Source of the DNA: Pirellula staleyi DSM 6068
GTDB taxonomy: Bacteria > Planctomycetota > Planctomycetia > Pirellulales > Pirellulaceae
Reading direction: 5' to 3'
Assembly: GCA_000025185.1 (NCBI GenBank)
Contig: CP001848.1
Location: 5,970,001-6,002,000 of the forward strand
Length of the DNA stretch: 32,000 bases
Shown: in pieces, positions 9,529-18,302 of the stretch
Numbering within the stretch: position 1 is the first letter of the stretch
Layout of the letters: every line of letters begins with the position of its first letter
The notes under the pieces: generated by a model
Told to the model about the DNA's origin: nothing
Databases searched by the model: none
What the model saw: only the letters and a program-made list of their open reading frames with translations
Made by a program: the position numbers and the translations under genes

Positions 9529-10455
9529 ATGACACAGCCTGCTCGATTCCTTCGTATGTTATTGGTCGCCATCCTTCTTGGCTGCGCTCTGCTTTCATCG
9601 CCTGAAGCAGCCGATGCAGAAGAGGCTGCGAAGAAAGTGGTGCGCGTGCTTGTTTGGGACGAACAGCAGCCGGCGCAAAAGGAGGCTTACGAGAATTTCC
9701 TAGGAAACGCGATTGCCGAGCATTTGAAGGCCAAGCCCGAGTTTCGGGTGCTTTCCACGAACCTTGATGCCGCCGATCAAGGGCTCGACAACGCCACGCT
9801 CGATGCCACCGATGTCATCATTTGGTGGGGACATGTGCGTCATGCCGATGTGAAAGCCGACCGGGTGAAGGAGATTGTTGAGCGCGTGAAACGGGGTCAG
9901 CTACAGTTCATTGCGCTTCACTCAGCGCACTTTGCTGAACCGTTCATGCAGCTGATGTGGGAGCGTGCGAAAGAAGAAGCTATTGCCGAGCAAGCGAAGC
10001 TGACACCGATCACCAAGATTGATCTCGGTTCTCCTCCCAAGCGCGCGATGCTGCAGGAAGGTGCCAAGCTAACGCCACGGATCGAAACGACCGCAGCAGG
10101 CCCGGTGCTTGTTCCGCCGGGATGCATCTTTCCAGCATGGCGCAACGATGGAGCGAAAAGCACCGTCACTACGCTGGCTGCCGATCATCCGATCGCCCAA
10201 GGTTTGCCCAAGACGTTCGAAATCCCCAAGACCGAAATGTATAGCGAGCCATTTCACGTTCCCACGCCCGAAGCGGTCGTCTTCGAAGAACGCTGGGAAA
10301 AGGGAGAGCATTTTCGGAGCGGATGCGTGTGGAAGGTCGGCCAAGGAAAAGTCTTCTACTACCGCCCCGGCCACGAAACCTATCCCATCTTCAAACAGGC
10401 CGAGAATCTGCTGATTATCGAGAACGCCATTCGCTGGATGGGTACTGGAAACTAA
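9529..10455 (+). CDS. ThuA-domain (trehalose-utilisation-like) protein with N-terminal signal peptide
   Basis: I chose ATG 9529 (MTQPARFLRMLLVAILLGCALLSSPEAADA looks like a signal peptide) over the track start at 9358. VRVLVWDEQQ...ATDVIIWWGHVRH...FIALHSAH...YYRPGHE is ThuA-like. Confidence 0.85.
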   Translation: MTQPARFLRMLLVAILLGCALLSSPEAADAEEAAKKVVRVLVWDEQQPAQKEAYENFLGNAIAEHLKAKPEFRVLSTNLDAADQGLDNATLDATDVIIWWGHVRHADVKADRVKEIVERVKRGQLQFIALHSAHFAEPFMQLMWERAKEEAIAEQAKLTPITKIDLGSPPKRAMLQEGAKLTPRIETTAAGPVLVPPGCIFPAWRNDGAKSTVTTLAADHPIAQGLPKTFEIPKTEMYSEPFHVPTPEAVVFEERWEKGEHFRSGCVWKVGQGKVFYYRPGHETYPIFKQAENLLIIENAIRWMGTGN

Positions 10456-10465
10456 CGCTTTCACG

Positions 10466-10924
10466 GTGAGGTTGAATCACCATTTTTATCTGATTGATCG
10501 ACGAGCCTGCGAGGCTGCCAAGATAAATTGGCAATACGACGATCGTGTCGTCGAATTGCACGATGATTGTCTTTCGTACCTTTGGGATTCGCTCATGTGG
10601 ATTCCAACATCCAATCCCAACATGGGTAATCAGCCTTGCATGGGACTTAATCGCTGGGGAAACACGATATTGAACTACGATGGAGCGGCCTTGGCACAAA
10701 CAGTCTTCAACAATTGGGCGAATCTTTTTGCGTGTGGCCTCGAAATGCTTCAGCTACGAGGAAACTATACCTGGAACGACAGTGAACCTCCTGAGTCTGG
10801 ACGTTACGAGCGTCTTCAGTATTCACGTGATAAAACGATCGCCGAATTGCGATTGCTAGCCGAGTTTGCCGGAAAGCTTCACGACGCTCAAGGAGAACTT
10901 TACGTCCACCATGCGGGGATCTAG
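10466..10924 (+). CDS. Hypothetical protein (orphan, lower GC than its neighbours)
   Basis: 152-aa ORF with a GTG start. Its Trp/Asn-rich composition looks globular. I recognise no family. It is followed by a strong hairpin terminator and lies next to the 3' side of tRNA-His. Confidence 0.45.
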   Translation: MRLNHHFYLIDRRACEAAKINWQYDDRVVELHDDCLSYLWDSLMWIPTSNPNMGNQPCMGLNRWGNTILNYDGAALAQTVFNNWANLFACGLEMLQLRGNYTWNDSEPPESGRYERLQYSRDKTIAELRLLAEFAGKLHDAQGELYVHHAGI

Positions 10925-10990
10925 GTCAGCTGCTTTGCTGCATTTAGCAGGCGGCTACAAGAATCGACCTACGTGCTTACCGTATCAACG

Positions 10991-11030
10991 AAAAAAGGCC
11001 CTGCAGAGTTGTTTTCTGCAGGGCCTTTTT
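10991..11030. terminator. Bidirectional intrinsic terminator between the orphan gene and tRNA-His
   Basis: AAAAAAGGCCCTGCAGAgttgttTTCTGCAGGGCCTTTTT. A perfect 12-bp GC-rich stem is flanked by an A-run and a T-run, so a U-tract follows the hairpin on either strand. Confidence 0.6.
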
Positions 11031-11046
11031 CATGGAATCGGTTGAG

Positions 11047-11121
11047 GGTGGCTGAGGGGACTTGAACCCCCGACATCCAGATCCACAATCTGGCGCTCTA
11101 ACCAACTGAGCTACAGCCACC
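11047..11121 (-). tRNA. tRNA-His (anticodon GTG)
   Basis: Manually folded reverse complement: G(-1) GTGGCTG TA GCTC AGTTGGTTA GAGC G CCAGA TTGTGGA TCTGG ATGTC GGGGG TTCAAGT CCCCT CAGCCAC C. The acceptor stem is perfect. The encoded G-1 opposite C73 is the tRNA-His hallmark. CCA is not encoded. Confidence 0.9.
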
Positions 11122-11756
11122 GCGTGATGGGGCAAACTAGCGATCGAAATCGCAGCGTGCATCACAGCCCCATAGTTTACAAACCGATCGGAAGGTGAGC
11201 AACATGTCGGCGTCGACAATCGGGCCAGCCTAGCGACAGTGCGTCACCGGCGATGATTTTCGCGGGTATTTTTCGCCTGCATCGCTGGCCAGCCACTGCT
11301 TCACAAATCATTCTATAGCAACCACTTAAAGAGACGCTCGCCGACTCGGCCTGGACGTGAACCTGCGTCACCGGGTGGCTGCTTGCTCTAGAGCGAAGGA
11401 CCCTCGTGCGACGTGGGAGGTTCGCCTTCAACTCGCTCGATTGGTCGGCTGAGGCTAGAGATTTACGGGATCGAGGTCATGGAAGGCGTTTTCACGCACC
11501 ATGCCGGTGGTGGCCAATTTAGCGCGAGCCATAGCCTGGAAGAGCCTCCGAGGGGACCCAACGTGCGGCTCCGGACACCCCTGCAGAGGGATGCGCCAAG
11601 CATTTCCTAGTCCGAATAATCCGCATAACTGCTACGCCGCTGCGATCTCGAGCGCCGATGAATCTAGTGGCTCACTCCGTATCCACGGTCATCGACTGAT
11701 CGACGGGGACGGGGTAAGCAGTCCCTTCGCTTCTGCTGGTCGTTTAGGGTTCACTC

Positions 11757-12764
11757 ATGGACGTTTCTGTCATTTTATGCACCTGGAACCGCGCGGCGAT
11801 TCTTCATCGCACGCTGCAGTCGTTGCGTAGTCTCGTTGTTCCCCCGCGAATCTCGTGGGAACTTCTGGTCGTCAACAACCATTCCAGCGACAACACCGAC
11901 GACGTGCTTGCGCGTCATCATGGTGCGCTGCCGATTCGTCGTTTGTACGAAGCGCGTGCGGGCAAGTCGAACGCCATGAACACGGGGATTGCGGCGGCAA
12001 GTGGCGATCTGCTGCTCATGACCGACGACGATGTGCTGGTCGATCCTGAGTGGCTGGTGAGCTACGTGGCCATCAGCCGATCGTTTCCAGACGCGTCGTT
12101 TTTTGGTGGCCCGATCAAACCGGTGTTTGGGAGCGTAGTTCCAAGCTGGATCACCGCAGGGTGGGAGCACGTGCGGAGTGTGTTTGGTGAACTCGATTAC
12201 GGCCCTCAGCCGATCGCGATTGGCCGCAAGACACTTCCCTATGGTGCAAACTTCGCTGTGCGATTGCCCGTGATGCGGCAGTTCCCGATCAACGTCCATT
12301 TGGGACGCTCCAAGCACTCGCGCATCGCTGGCGAAGAGAGTGAACTGTTTGCTCGGCTATTGGCAGCGGGGCATCAGGGGATTTATCAGCCGACTGCCCT
12401 TATCGGACATGGGATCGAGGCTGATCAGCTTACTGAGCGGTATGTCCGGCGTTATTTCGATGGGATTGGGCGAACGCAGGTGCTGTTGGAGGGTCTGGCG
12501 CATGCGGACCGCCCGTTCAAGAGTTCGAAATTAGCGAAGTACTGGTTTCGCGCCATGAAGCACGAGTTTGCTTATCGCAGACGCTGCATTCTGGGTAGCG
12601 CCGAAAAGCGGACAAAGCACTTGGTGCGTTCGGCTCGCGCGTGGGGAGCCTTTTCGCAGTACCGGCTGATGCTAGATGAGCAGAGGCGCGAGCCCAACGG
12701 AGCGATGCTTACGACCAGTGCAGCCGTTCCGCGGCGCATGGCTGCGACGCACCCATTGTCGTAG
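11757..12764 (+). CDS. Family 2 glycosyltransferase
   Basis: The N-terminus VSVILCTWNRAAILHRTLQSL, then LLVVNNHSSDNTDDVL, then the DxD-type LLMTDDDVLV are typical of GT2. Confidence 0.85.
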   Translation: MDVSVILCTWNRAAILHRTLQSLRSLVVPPRISWELLVVNNHSSDNTDDVLARHHGALPIRRLYEARAGKSNAMNTGIAAASGDLLLMTDDDVLVDPEWLVSYVAISRSFPDASFFGGPIKPVFGSVVPSWITAGWEHVRSVFGELDYGPQPIAIGRKTLPYGANFAVRLPVMRQFPINVHLGRSKHSRIAGEESELFARLLAAGHQGIYQPTALIGHGIEADQLTERYVRRYFDGIGRTQVLLEGLAHADRPFKSSKLAKYWFRAMKHEFAYRRRCILGSAEKRTKHLVRSARAWGAFSQYRLMLDEQRREPNGAMLTTSAAVPRRMAATHPLS

Positions 12765-12834
12765 CGGCAAGGTCGAACAGAGGCTGTTGGGCCTGCCTGG
12801 GCTGTCGTTTAAGTTGGCATGGCGCAGAAAATTA

Positions 12835-12880
12835 GGCCGCTGGAAACTTCTTGAGGAAGCTGCCAGCGGCCTTTCTCGTT
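12835..12880. terminator. Intrinsic terminator between the convergent GT2 gene and the H1-like gene
   Basis: GGCCGCTGG (12835-12843) pairs perfectly with CCAGCGGCC (12863-12871). TTTCTCGTTATTG follows on the plus strand, and AAAATTA precedes it, giving a U-rich tract on the minus strand. Confidence 0.55.
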
Positions 12881-13071
12881 ATTGTCTTGTGCGTAGCCCG
12901 GCGGGGGTTGGACTTTGCCAAAAACTGGCAAGGACATCTTCGCAGGTACGATCTTTGAGCGAAGCGGTCACTGCAAGCAGCGACGATGCTTCGCGGAGGC
13001 GTTTGGCTCAGGCCGATCAAAAAATGACCGGCCGAGTCGCATGCTGCCTCCAGGGGCATGAAGACCGTCGA

Positions 13072-13209
13072 CTACTTCTTCTTAGGAGCAGCCTTCTTCG
13101 CAGCTGGCTTCTTTGGCGACTTGGCAGCTGGTTTAGCAGCTGGCTTGGCGGCCTTAGGGGCTGGGGTTTTGGCGGCTGCTGGCTTGGTGGTCTTCTTGCT
13201 GGTTGCCAT
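13072..13209 (-). CDS. 45-aa Lys/Ala/Pro-repeat basic protein (histone-H1-like / AKP-repeat nucleoid-associated candidate)
   Basis: Translation: MATSKKTTKPAAAKTPAPKAAKPAAKPAAKSPKKPAAKKAAPKKK*. GGAGGAG lies about 9 nt upstream of the ATG at 13209. The track's 101-aa version adds an implausible N-terminus, which I discard. Confidence 0.6.
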   Translation of the reverse strand: MATSKKTTKPAAAKTPAPKAAKPAAKPAAKSPKKPAAKKAAPKKK

Positions 13210-13612
13210 TCCGGTGGCTCCTCCGTGCGAGCGTCCATCATTGGTAATGTCGTGATGCTCGGGACACCCAGCGAGCAGTCGCGACGAATAGAGTTGGCAA
13301 TGCTTCGCCAAACTCCTGTTGGGTCGGTATGGAACAGCCTCTCTGCTCTCAACTACCCAACTCCTGGATTCAACCAAGATGCCACATGTTTCGTCAAGGC
13401 GAACTAGAGAACTTGAGACGATTTAAACGACTTTAATCATTGGGCATTCACTGGCGACTAGGTGAGCGAGCCGAGCATGGCGGTCTGGTCGAAGGTAAAA
13501 GTTTGCTGAAGAGCGCGCGATCATCGACTACTATAGCGGCATCACGCGCTGCTCGATTTCCTCACCTCGCCCTGTCCCTTCGTCGGCTCTGCTTTGACTC
13601 GGAGAACCTCCC

Positions 13613-14584
13613 ATGCCCTCCCCTTCCTGCGGGCTCCATCAGCGTCGCCAATTCCTGGCAGCCACTGCGGCATCGGCGCTCGTTTTTGCCGGAAATTCCT
13701 CAGTTTTTAGCCAAGAGACCGTGCCCGATCAAAGCGACGATCCCTCGCCACTGCGGCTCGGATTTAGTCTCTACGGCATGAAGTCGCTCGACCCCGTGGC
13801 AGCTGTTAAAGAGCTTCGCGAAATCGGCTACGAGACGACCGAACTGCCGGTGATGACCGGCTGGCCAGCCGACAGCAGCACGCTGTCGAAAGAAAAACTG
13901 CGCGAGCTGAAGAGCGCGCTCGCCGATCAAAAAATGGTGATGTCGGCGATCATGGAAAATCTTTTGCTTTTGTCCGAAGGGGATGCTGTGCAAAAGAACC
14001 TCGATCGCCTGAAAGCGGCGGCTGAGATCTCGCTCGCGCTCTCGGAAACCAATCCGCCCCCCATCGAGACCGTTCTCGGCGGCTCGCCGATGCGCTGGGA
14101 AACCGATCGCCAAAAAATGGTCGAGCGACTCCGAACGTGGGCCGAACTGCTCGCCGAAATGAAGGTCCCCTTGGCGATCAAAGCGCACTACAGCAACGCC
14201 ATGCACCGCCCCATCGACGTGCTGTGGATGATCGCCAAAACCAACAGCCCGTGGATCAAAACGGTTTACGACTACAGCCACTTTCAGCTGCAAGGGTTCT
14301 CGATCGACGAGTCGCTCACCGATCTCCTCCCACACACCGCGATGGTGCATGTGAAGGATGGGAAACTCACGGAAGCAGGGCGACCCGAGTTTCTGCTCCC
14401 TGGCGATGGGATGATTGGCTATGCCGATCTGCTCGGGCACTTGGCACGCAAGCACTATCAAGGGGATATCGTGGTCGAGGTGACCGGTCAGCTGCATTCG
14501 AAACCCGACTACGACCCGCTGGCGACCGCTCGCAAATGCTTTCCGGTCCTGCAAACGGCTCGCGATGCGGTGAAAGCGTCGTAG
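13613..14584 (+). CDS. Sugar-phosphate isomerase/epimerase (xylose-isomerase-like TIM barrel) with twin-arginine signal
   Basis: The Tat motif HQRRQFLAATAASALVFAG is present. LGFSLYG...GYETTEL...HVKD...EV is the typical TIM-barrel pattern of this family. Confidence 0.85.
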   Translation: MPSPSCGLHQRRQFLAATAASALVFAGNSSVFSQETVPDQSDDPSPLRLGFSLYGMKSLDPVAAVKELREIGYETTELPVMTGWPADSSTLSKEKLRELKSALADQKMVMSAIMENLLLLSEGDAVQKNLDRLKAAAEISLALSETNPPPIETVLGGSPMRWETDRQKMVERLRTWAELLAEMKVPLAIKAHYSNAMHRPIDVLWMIAKTNSPWIKTVYDYSHFQLQGFSIDESLTDLLPHTAMVHVKDGKLTEAGRPEFLLPGDGMIGYADLLGHLARKHYQGDIVVEVTGQLHSKPDYDPLATARKCFPVLQTARDAVKAS

Positions 14585-14687
14585 TCGCGGCTGTTCCGCG
14601 TCGCCTCGTAGATCGAGGGGCACGAAGTCGTCATACTTTCGCTCGTCTCGATCCCAGCAACAACCCTCTCCAGCGGCAGGAGCCTCC

Positions 14688-15260
14688 ATGCCCACCATCC
14701 TGATGCCACTCGGCGATGCGACCGAAGCGCTCGACACCTTTTATCCGTTCTTTCGCTTGCAGGAAGAGGGGTACAAGGTGATCGTCTGCGGTCCCGAGGC
14801 ACGTCTGTATCACACCGTGCTCCACGAAATTCCGCCAGACAGCTCGATTCCTTGGGACATCACCCAAGAACGGCCGGGCTACTTCATCCGCTCGACAGCC
14901 GCCTTTCGCGATTTGAAAGGCTCGGACTGCGATGGGATGTTCATCTCGGGGGGGCGTGCTCCGGAATACATCCGTTACGACAAAGATTTACTCCGGCTAG
15001 TCAACGAAGTGAACGACGCTGGTAAACCGATCGCCAGCGTCTGCCACGGCGTCGAAATTTTGACAGCCGCCAACATCATCCAGGGGAAGAAGGTCACCAC
15101 CGTGGCCAAGTGCAAGCTCGACGTCGAGCAAGGGGGTGGCACCTACGTGAACGAAGAAGTGGTGCTCGCCGGCAACCTGGTGAGCAGCCGCACTTGGCAC
15201 GACAACGCTCCGCTGATGCGCGAGTTCCTGGCGATGATCAAAGCCAACCTCAAGAGCTAA
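14688..15260 (+). CDS. DJ-1/PfpI family protein
   Basis: 190 aa. The nucleophile elbow is KPIASVCHGVEILTAA. The overall pattern matches class-I glutamine amidotransferase-like PfpI proteins. Confidence 0.88.
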   Translation: MPTILMPLGDATEALDTFYPFFRLQEEGYKVIVCGPEARLYHTVLHEIPPDSSIPWDITQERPGYFIRSTAAFRDLKGSDCDGMFISGGRAPEYIRYDKDLLRLVNEVNDAGKPIASVCHGVEILTAANIIQGKKVTTVAKCKLDVEQGGGTYVNEEVVLAGNLVSSRTWHDNAPLMREFLAMIKANLKS

Positions 15261-15289
15261 GGCTACAAAACCTTCGCGATCCTTGGCAC

Positions 15290-16618
15290 TTAGGCCGCTC
15301 GCTTCGCCGGGCGGCTCTCTGGGCGGTATTCGAAAAACTGATCCCACTCGGCATCGAGCTGGTGAATCGCCGACTCGATCGGGACGGCTGTCCAGCGGCC
15401 TGCGGCGTTTTTGCTCGCCAGATTCATCCTCTGTAATTTTTCGAGCGCATCGTCGACCTCGAAATCGACCTGAATGGCCGCCACATCGCGGAGCCAATCT
15501 TGCACCACCTCGTCGAGCTGCTCGGTCGTCAGCCCCAGTCGCCCCTGACGTAGCAGCAGCGCGTAGGCCAGCATGATCTCGCGAAACTCTTGTTCTTCAG
15601 CCTCGTCGAGCAACCGGAACAGCACGCCAGCATTGTTGTCGAGGTTTTGGTAGTAGAGACTGCGTGTCAGACTCAACTGATAGCGGTCTTTGGTCTGCAG
15701 ATAGCCGTAGAACGAGCGAATGCCGTAGCCAATCGTTCCTCCCACGAGACTGATGGTGGCGATGGTGCCTTGCAGTCCGGCCATCGCAATGCCTGCGGCA
15801 CCTTGCAGCAATTTGAGGGCGACAATGCCGACTCCGGAGATCGTGGGGAGCCAGATTTTCCCTTGATCGAGCCATGTCATCCGGATCTGGGTGCCGGGCA
15901 AAAGCATGTCGACATCCATTTTGGGGATGTTTTTGAAAAGCTTCAGCACCACCGCATCGCGGCGGCCGATCGCGCCCGGAACTTCAGCCGCGTGCTCGGT
16001 TCCATCCTTCAGCTGAAACATCACTACCAGGCGCTGGTAGGTCGGAATCGGGATGCTCTCTTGGCGGAACAGTGTTCGCCAGGTGCGGCGGAAACGAGTG
16101 CCGGTGAAATCTCCCCGCGCGTAGATTTCGAGATGCCGAAACACCGTGAGGTCGACATTGAGATTCACTCCCCACTCGCTCGCTTTTTCGAGCGACTCGA
16201 GAAGCTCGTCGTTGCTCACTTTGCGGAAGTTCGCGCGCTCGAGGAGCCCCGCCATCGCGCGCAGAAACTCTTTCGCGCGGCTCTTGCGCTCGCTATCGGA
16301 AAGGACTTCGCGGGAAGGAGGATCGGCATCGGGGTCGTTTGAAACATAGAGCTGCTTGAGCGTTTCGAGACGCTCATGAAACTCGTGATGCAGCGTTGCA
16401 TCGACGATTGTGGCAAGCTTCAGCAGCCCTCCGCGCTCGACCACATCGAGCTCTTCATCTTTGGTGAGCAGCTCCAGCAGATCGCGTTTGCGAATCGGAA
16501 TGTAATGCTCGTTGGGCTTCGCTGGCGCTAGTTTTCGGCTAGCAAACGGGCGCTGCGGGCGCGTAGGGCGATCGCCAGTTGGCGGCTCATCTGGTCGGTA
16601 GATTTTCAGCTGAGTCAT
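15290..16618 (-). CDS. DUF3754 / TMEM143-like membrane-associated protein
   Basis: 442 aa. A helical N-terminal half is followed by two Gly/Ala-rich hydrophobic segments (ISGVGIVALKLLQGAAGIAMAGLQGTIATISLVGGTIGYGI) and then LYYQNLDNNAGVLFRLLDEAEEQEFREIMLAY. The family name is from memory. Confidence 0.65.
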   Translation of the reverse strand: MTQLKIYRPDEPPTGDRPTRPQRPFASRKLAPAKPNEHYIPIRKRDLLELLTKDEELDVVERGGLLKLATIVDATLHHEFHERLETLKQLYVSNDPDADPPSREVLSDSERKSRAKEFLRAMAGLLERANFRKVSNDELLESLEKASEWGVNLNVDLTVFRHLEIYARGDFTGTRFRRTWRTLFRQESIPIPTYQRLVVMFQLKDGTEHAAEVPGAIGRRDAVVLKLFKNIPKMDVDMLLPGTQIRMTWLDQGKIWLPTISGVGIVALKLLQGAAGIAMAGLQGTIATISLVGGTIGYGIRSFYGYLQTKDRYQLSLTRSLYYQNLDNNAGVLFRLLDEAEEQEFREIMLAYALLLRQGRLGLTTEQLDEVVQDWLRDVAAIQVDFEVDDALEKLQRMNLASKNAAGRWTAVPIESAIHQLDAEWDQFFEYRPESRPAKRAA

Positions 16619-16892
16619 GGAGTCTACCGCAAGTCGATCGTCACGAGATGGTGAGTGCTGGCACCGCTATCGCATCGCGCGGTCACAGAGCAGCGACATC
16701 TCTCTGTTTATCGGCCAGCGGTAAGCTCGATCTTGCCCAGCAGTTGAGGGTGGCGATGCATTGGCCTGTGCCCCACTACCGAAAAACCCCCACGAACGTG
16801 AAGATAGAGAAAACGAGCGAAACAGGCGGTTTTCGTTTCGCTGCGGTGTGGCGTTGGCTCGATGACGTGCGCTGTGACACAAAGGATTTGCG

Positions 16893-17543
16893 ATGACGTT
16901 TCGCGCAGTGGTGTTTGATCTCGACGGGACGATGTTCAACACCGAACAGCTGTATGTGCAAGTGCTCGAAGAGATGCTGCGACGACGTGGTTTACCCTTC
17001 GAATGGGCTTTGCTCAACGAGATGATGGGGCGCCCCGGCATGATTTCGCTGCAAATCATGATCGACTGGCACAAGCTCGAGAACACCACGCCGCATCAGC
17101 TTTACGATGAGTCGGACAGCATTTTCTACGGCATTCTCGAGCGAGAACTCGCCCCCATGCCAGGAACTCTCGAGCTACTCAGTACGATCGAAGCCAAGTC
17201 GCTCCCCAAAGCGATCGCCACCAGTAGCCGCCGGAAAGTGGTGCACCACATGCTCGACCGCTTCGAGCTCCGTCCCCGGTTTCAGTTCATCCTGACGAGC
17301 GAGGATGTGCAGCAAGGGAAACCCAACCCCGAAATTTACCTGTCGGCTGCCTCGAAACTTGGATTTGCGCCGGCTGAGATTTTGGTGTTTGAAGATAGCG
17401 CCAACGGCTGTGCCGCTGCGGTGGCGGCGGGCATGCACACGATTGCTGTTCCCGGCGATCACAGCCGACATCACGAGTTTGGTGGCGCAAAAATGATCGC
17501 CCAGTCGCTCGCCGATCCCCGGATTTACGAGCTCCTGGGGTGA
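16893..17543 (+). CDS. HAD-superfamily hydrolase (subfamily IA, beta-phosphoglucomutase-like)
   Basis: Motif I is VVFDLDGTMFNTE, motif II is ATSS, and motif III/IV is GKPNPEIY...VFEDSANG. Confidence 0.88.
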   Translation: MTFRAVVFDLDGTMFNTEQLYVQVLEEMLRRRGLPFEWALLNEMMGRPGMISLQIMIDWHKLENTTPHQLYDESDSIFYGILERELAPMPGTLELLSTIEAKSLPKAIATSSRRKVVHHMLDRFELRPRFQFILTSEDVQQGKPNPEIYLSAASKLGFAPAEILVFEDSANGCAAAVAAGMHTIAVPGDHSRHHEFGGAKMIAQSLADPRIYELLG

Positions 17544-17588
17544 TTCAGCGGCGAACCTTCGCGAGCAAGAAGGTTTGCGCAAGATCGG

Positions 17589-18197
17589 ATGAAATCTTGC
17601 CGAGGTGGCATGCCCCGAGAGCCTCTGCGTGATCACAATTCGCAAGCCAGATCGCTGCACTGCGCGGCGAGCCTGCAGAACACGTGTTCGCTCGCAAAGG
17701 ACCTTGCCGTGGCCGATCGACTCGGGGAAAAACTCGACAGCCTGGTGACGTGGAAAGATCGCAAGGACTATGAGCAGGACCGCGAAGCGAAAGAGAAAGC
17801 ACGCTCCGAAGCAGGCTGGGTGCTCCCCTCGATCCGCACGATCGTGAGTTTTGTCCTTCTGGCGGCACTTGGCGGCTTTGGCGTTTGGAAATATTCGCAA
17901 AGCACCTACGCCAAGACCTCGCCGATTCGGGTCTTGGTGCTCGACCCGACGCTCAAGCCGATTCCCGACGTCGAAATTTTCGCTGCGTTCAGCTACTGCC
18001 GTAGCAAAACCAACGCCGAGGGTCGCGCTGTTTTCGAGCTACCTGGACATCTCGACGAATCAGCGATCGAATGCGAAAAATCGGGTTATATTTCGGCCGA
18101 TAGCAACGCTGAAAAGCTGCATCAGCGATTTGCCGCCGATCGCCTCTTCATCCTACGGCTGCAAACCGATCGGGAACGGCTCGAGGCCGAGAAATAG
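17589..18197 (+). CDS. Hypothetical single-pass membrane protein with carboxypeptidase-regulatory-like beta domain
   Basis: One TM segment (IVSFVLLAALGGFGVW) is followed by IRVLVLDPTLKPIPDVEIF...TNAEGRAVFELPG. The start codon is uncertain (M1 or M8). Confidence 0.5.
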   Translation: MKSCRGGMPREPLRDHNSQARSLHCAASLQNTCSLAKDLAVADRLGEKLDSLVTWKDRKDYEQDREAKEKARSEAGWVLPSIRTIVSFVLLAALGGFGVWKYSQSTYAKTSPIRVLVLDPTLKPIPDVEIFAAFSYCRSKTNAEGRAVFELPGHLDESAIECEKSGYISADSNAEKLHQRFAADRLFILRLQTDRERLEAEK

Positions 18198-18302
18198 CCT
18201 CGCTTGGTCCTCAAAATCTCGCACTGGTGCCGCGCGTGGTTTACACTCGCCGATGATCCGCGCTCGAACGCGGGCTGCACCTCTCTTCGGGATTAACTGC
18301 CA

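Noticed and set aside
11122-11756. 635-bp gene-free region upstream of tRNA-His and the GT2 gene, checked for structured RNAs (RNase P, tmRNA, SRP, 6S) and small ORFs
   Set aside because: I could find no signature motifs of those RNAs, only short local hairpins. The track ORFs here (11177-11431, 11413-11610, 11501-11830) have implausible compositions. A covariance-model scan would be needed to say more.
12676-13407. 243-aa plus-strand ORF spanning the GT2 3' end and the H1-like locus
   Set aside because: It overlaps the GT2 gene in another frame. Its W/L/G/F-rich middle is just the complement of the AKP repeat, and it crosses a terminator hairpin.
13700-14737. 345-aa minus-strand ORF, one of the longest in the track
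   Set aside because: It is entirely antisense to the well-supported sugar-phosphate isomerase and the DJ-1 start. Its composition is Arg/Gly/His/Pro-rich and low-complexity, with no motif. This is a typical high-GC shadow ORF.
15590-16342. 250-aa plus-strand ORF, and likewise the 18687-19511 minus-strand ORF
   Set aside because: They are antisense shadows of the DUF3754-like gene and the sulfatase respectively.
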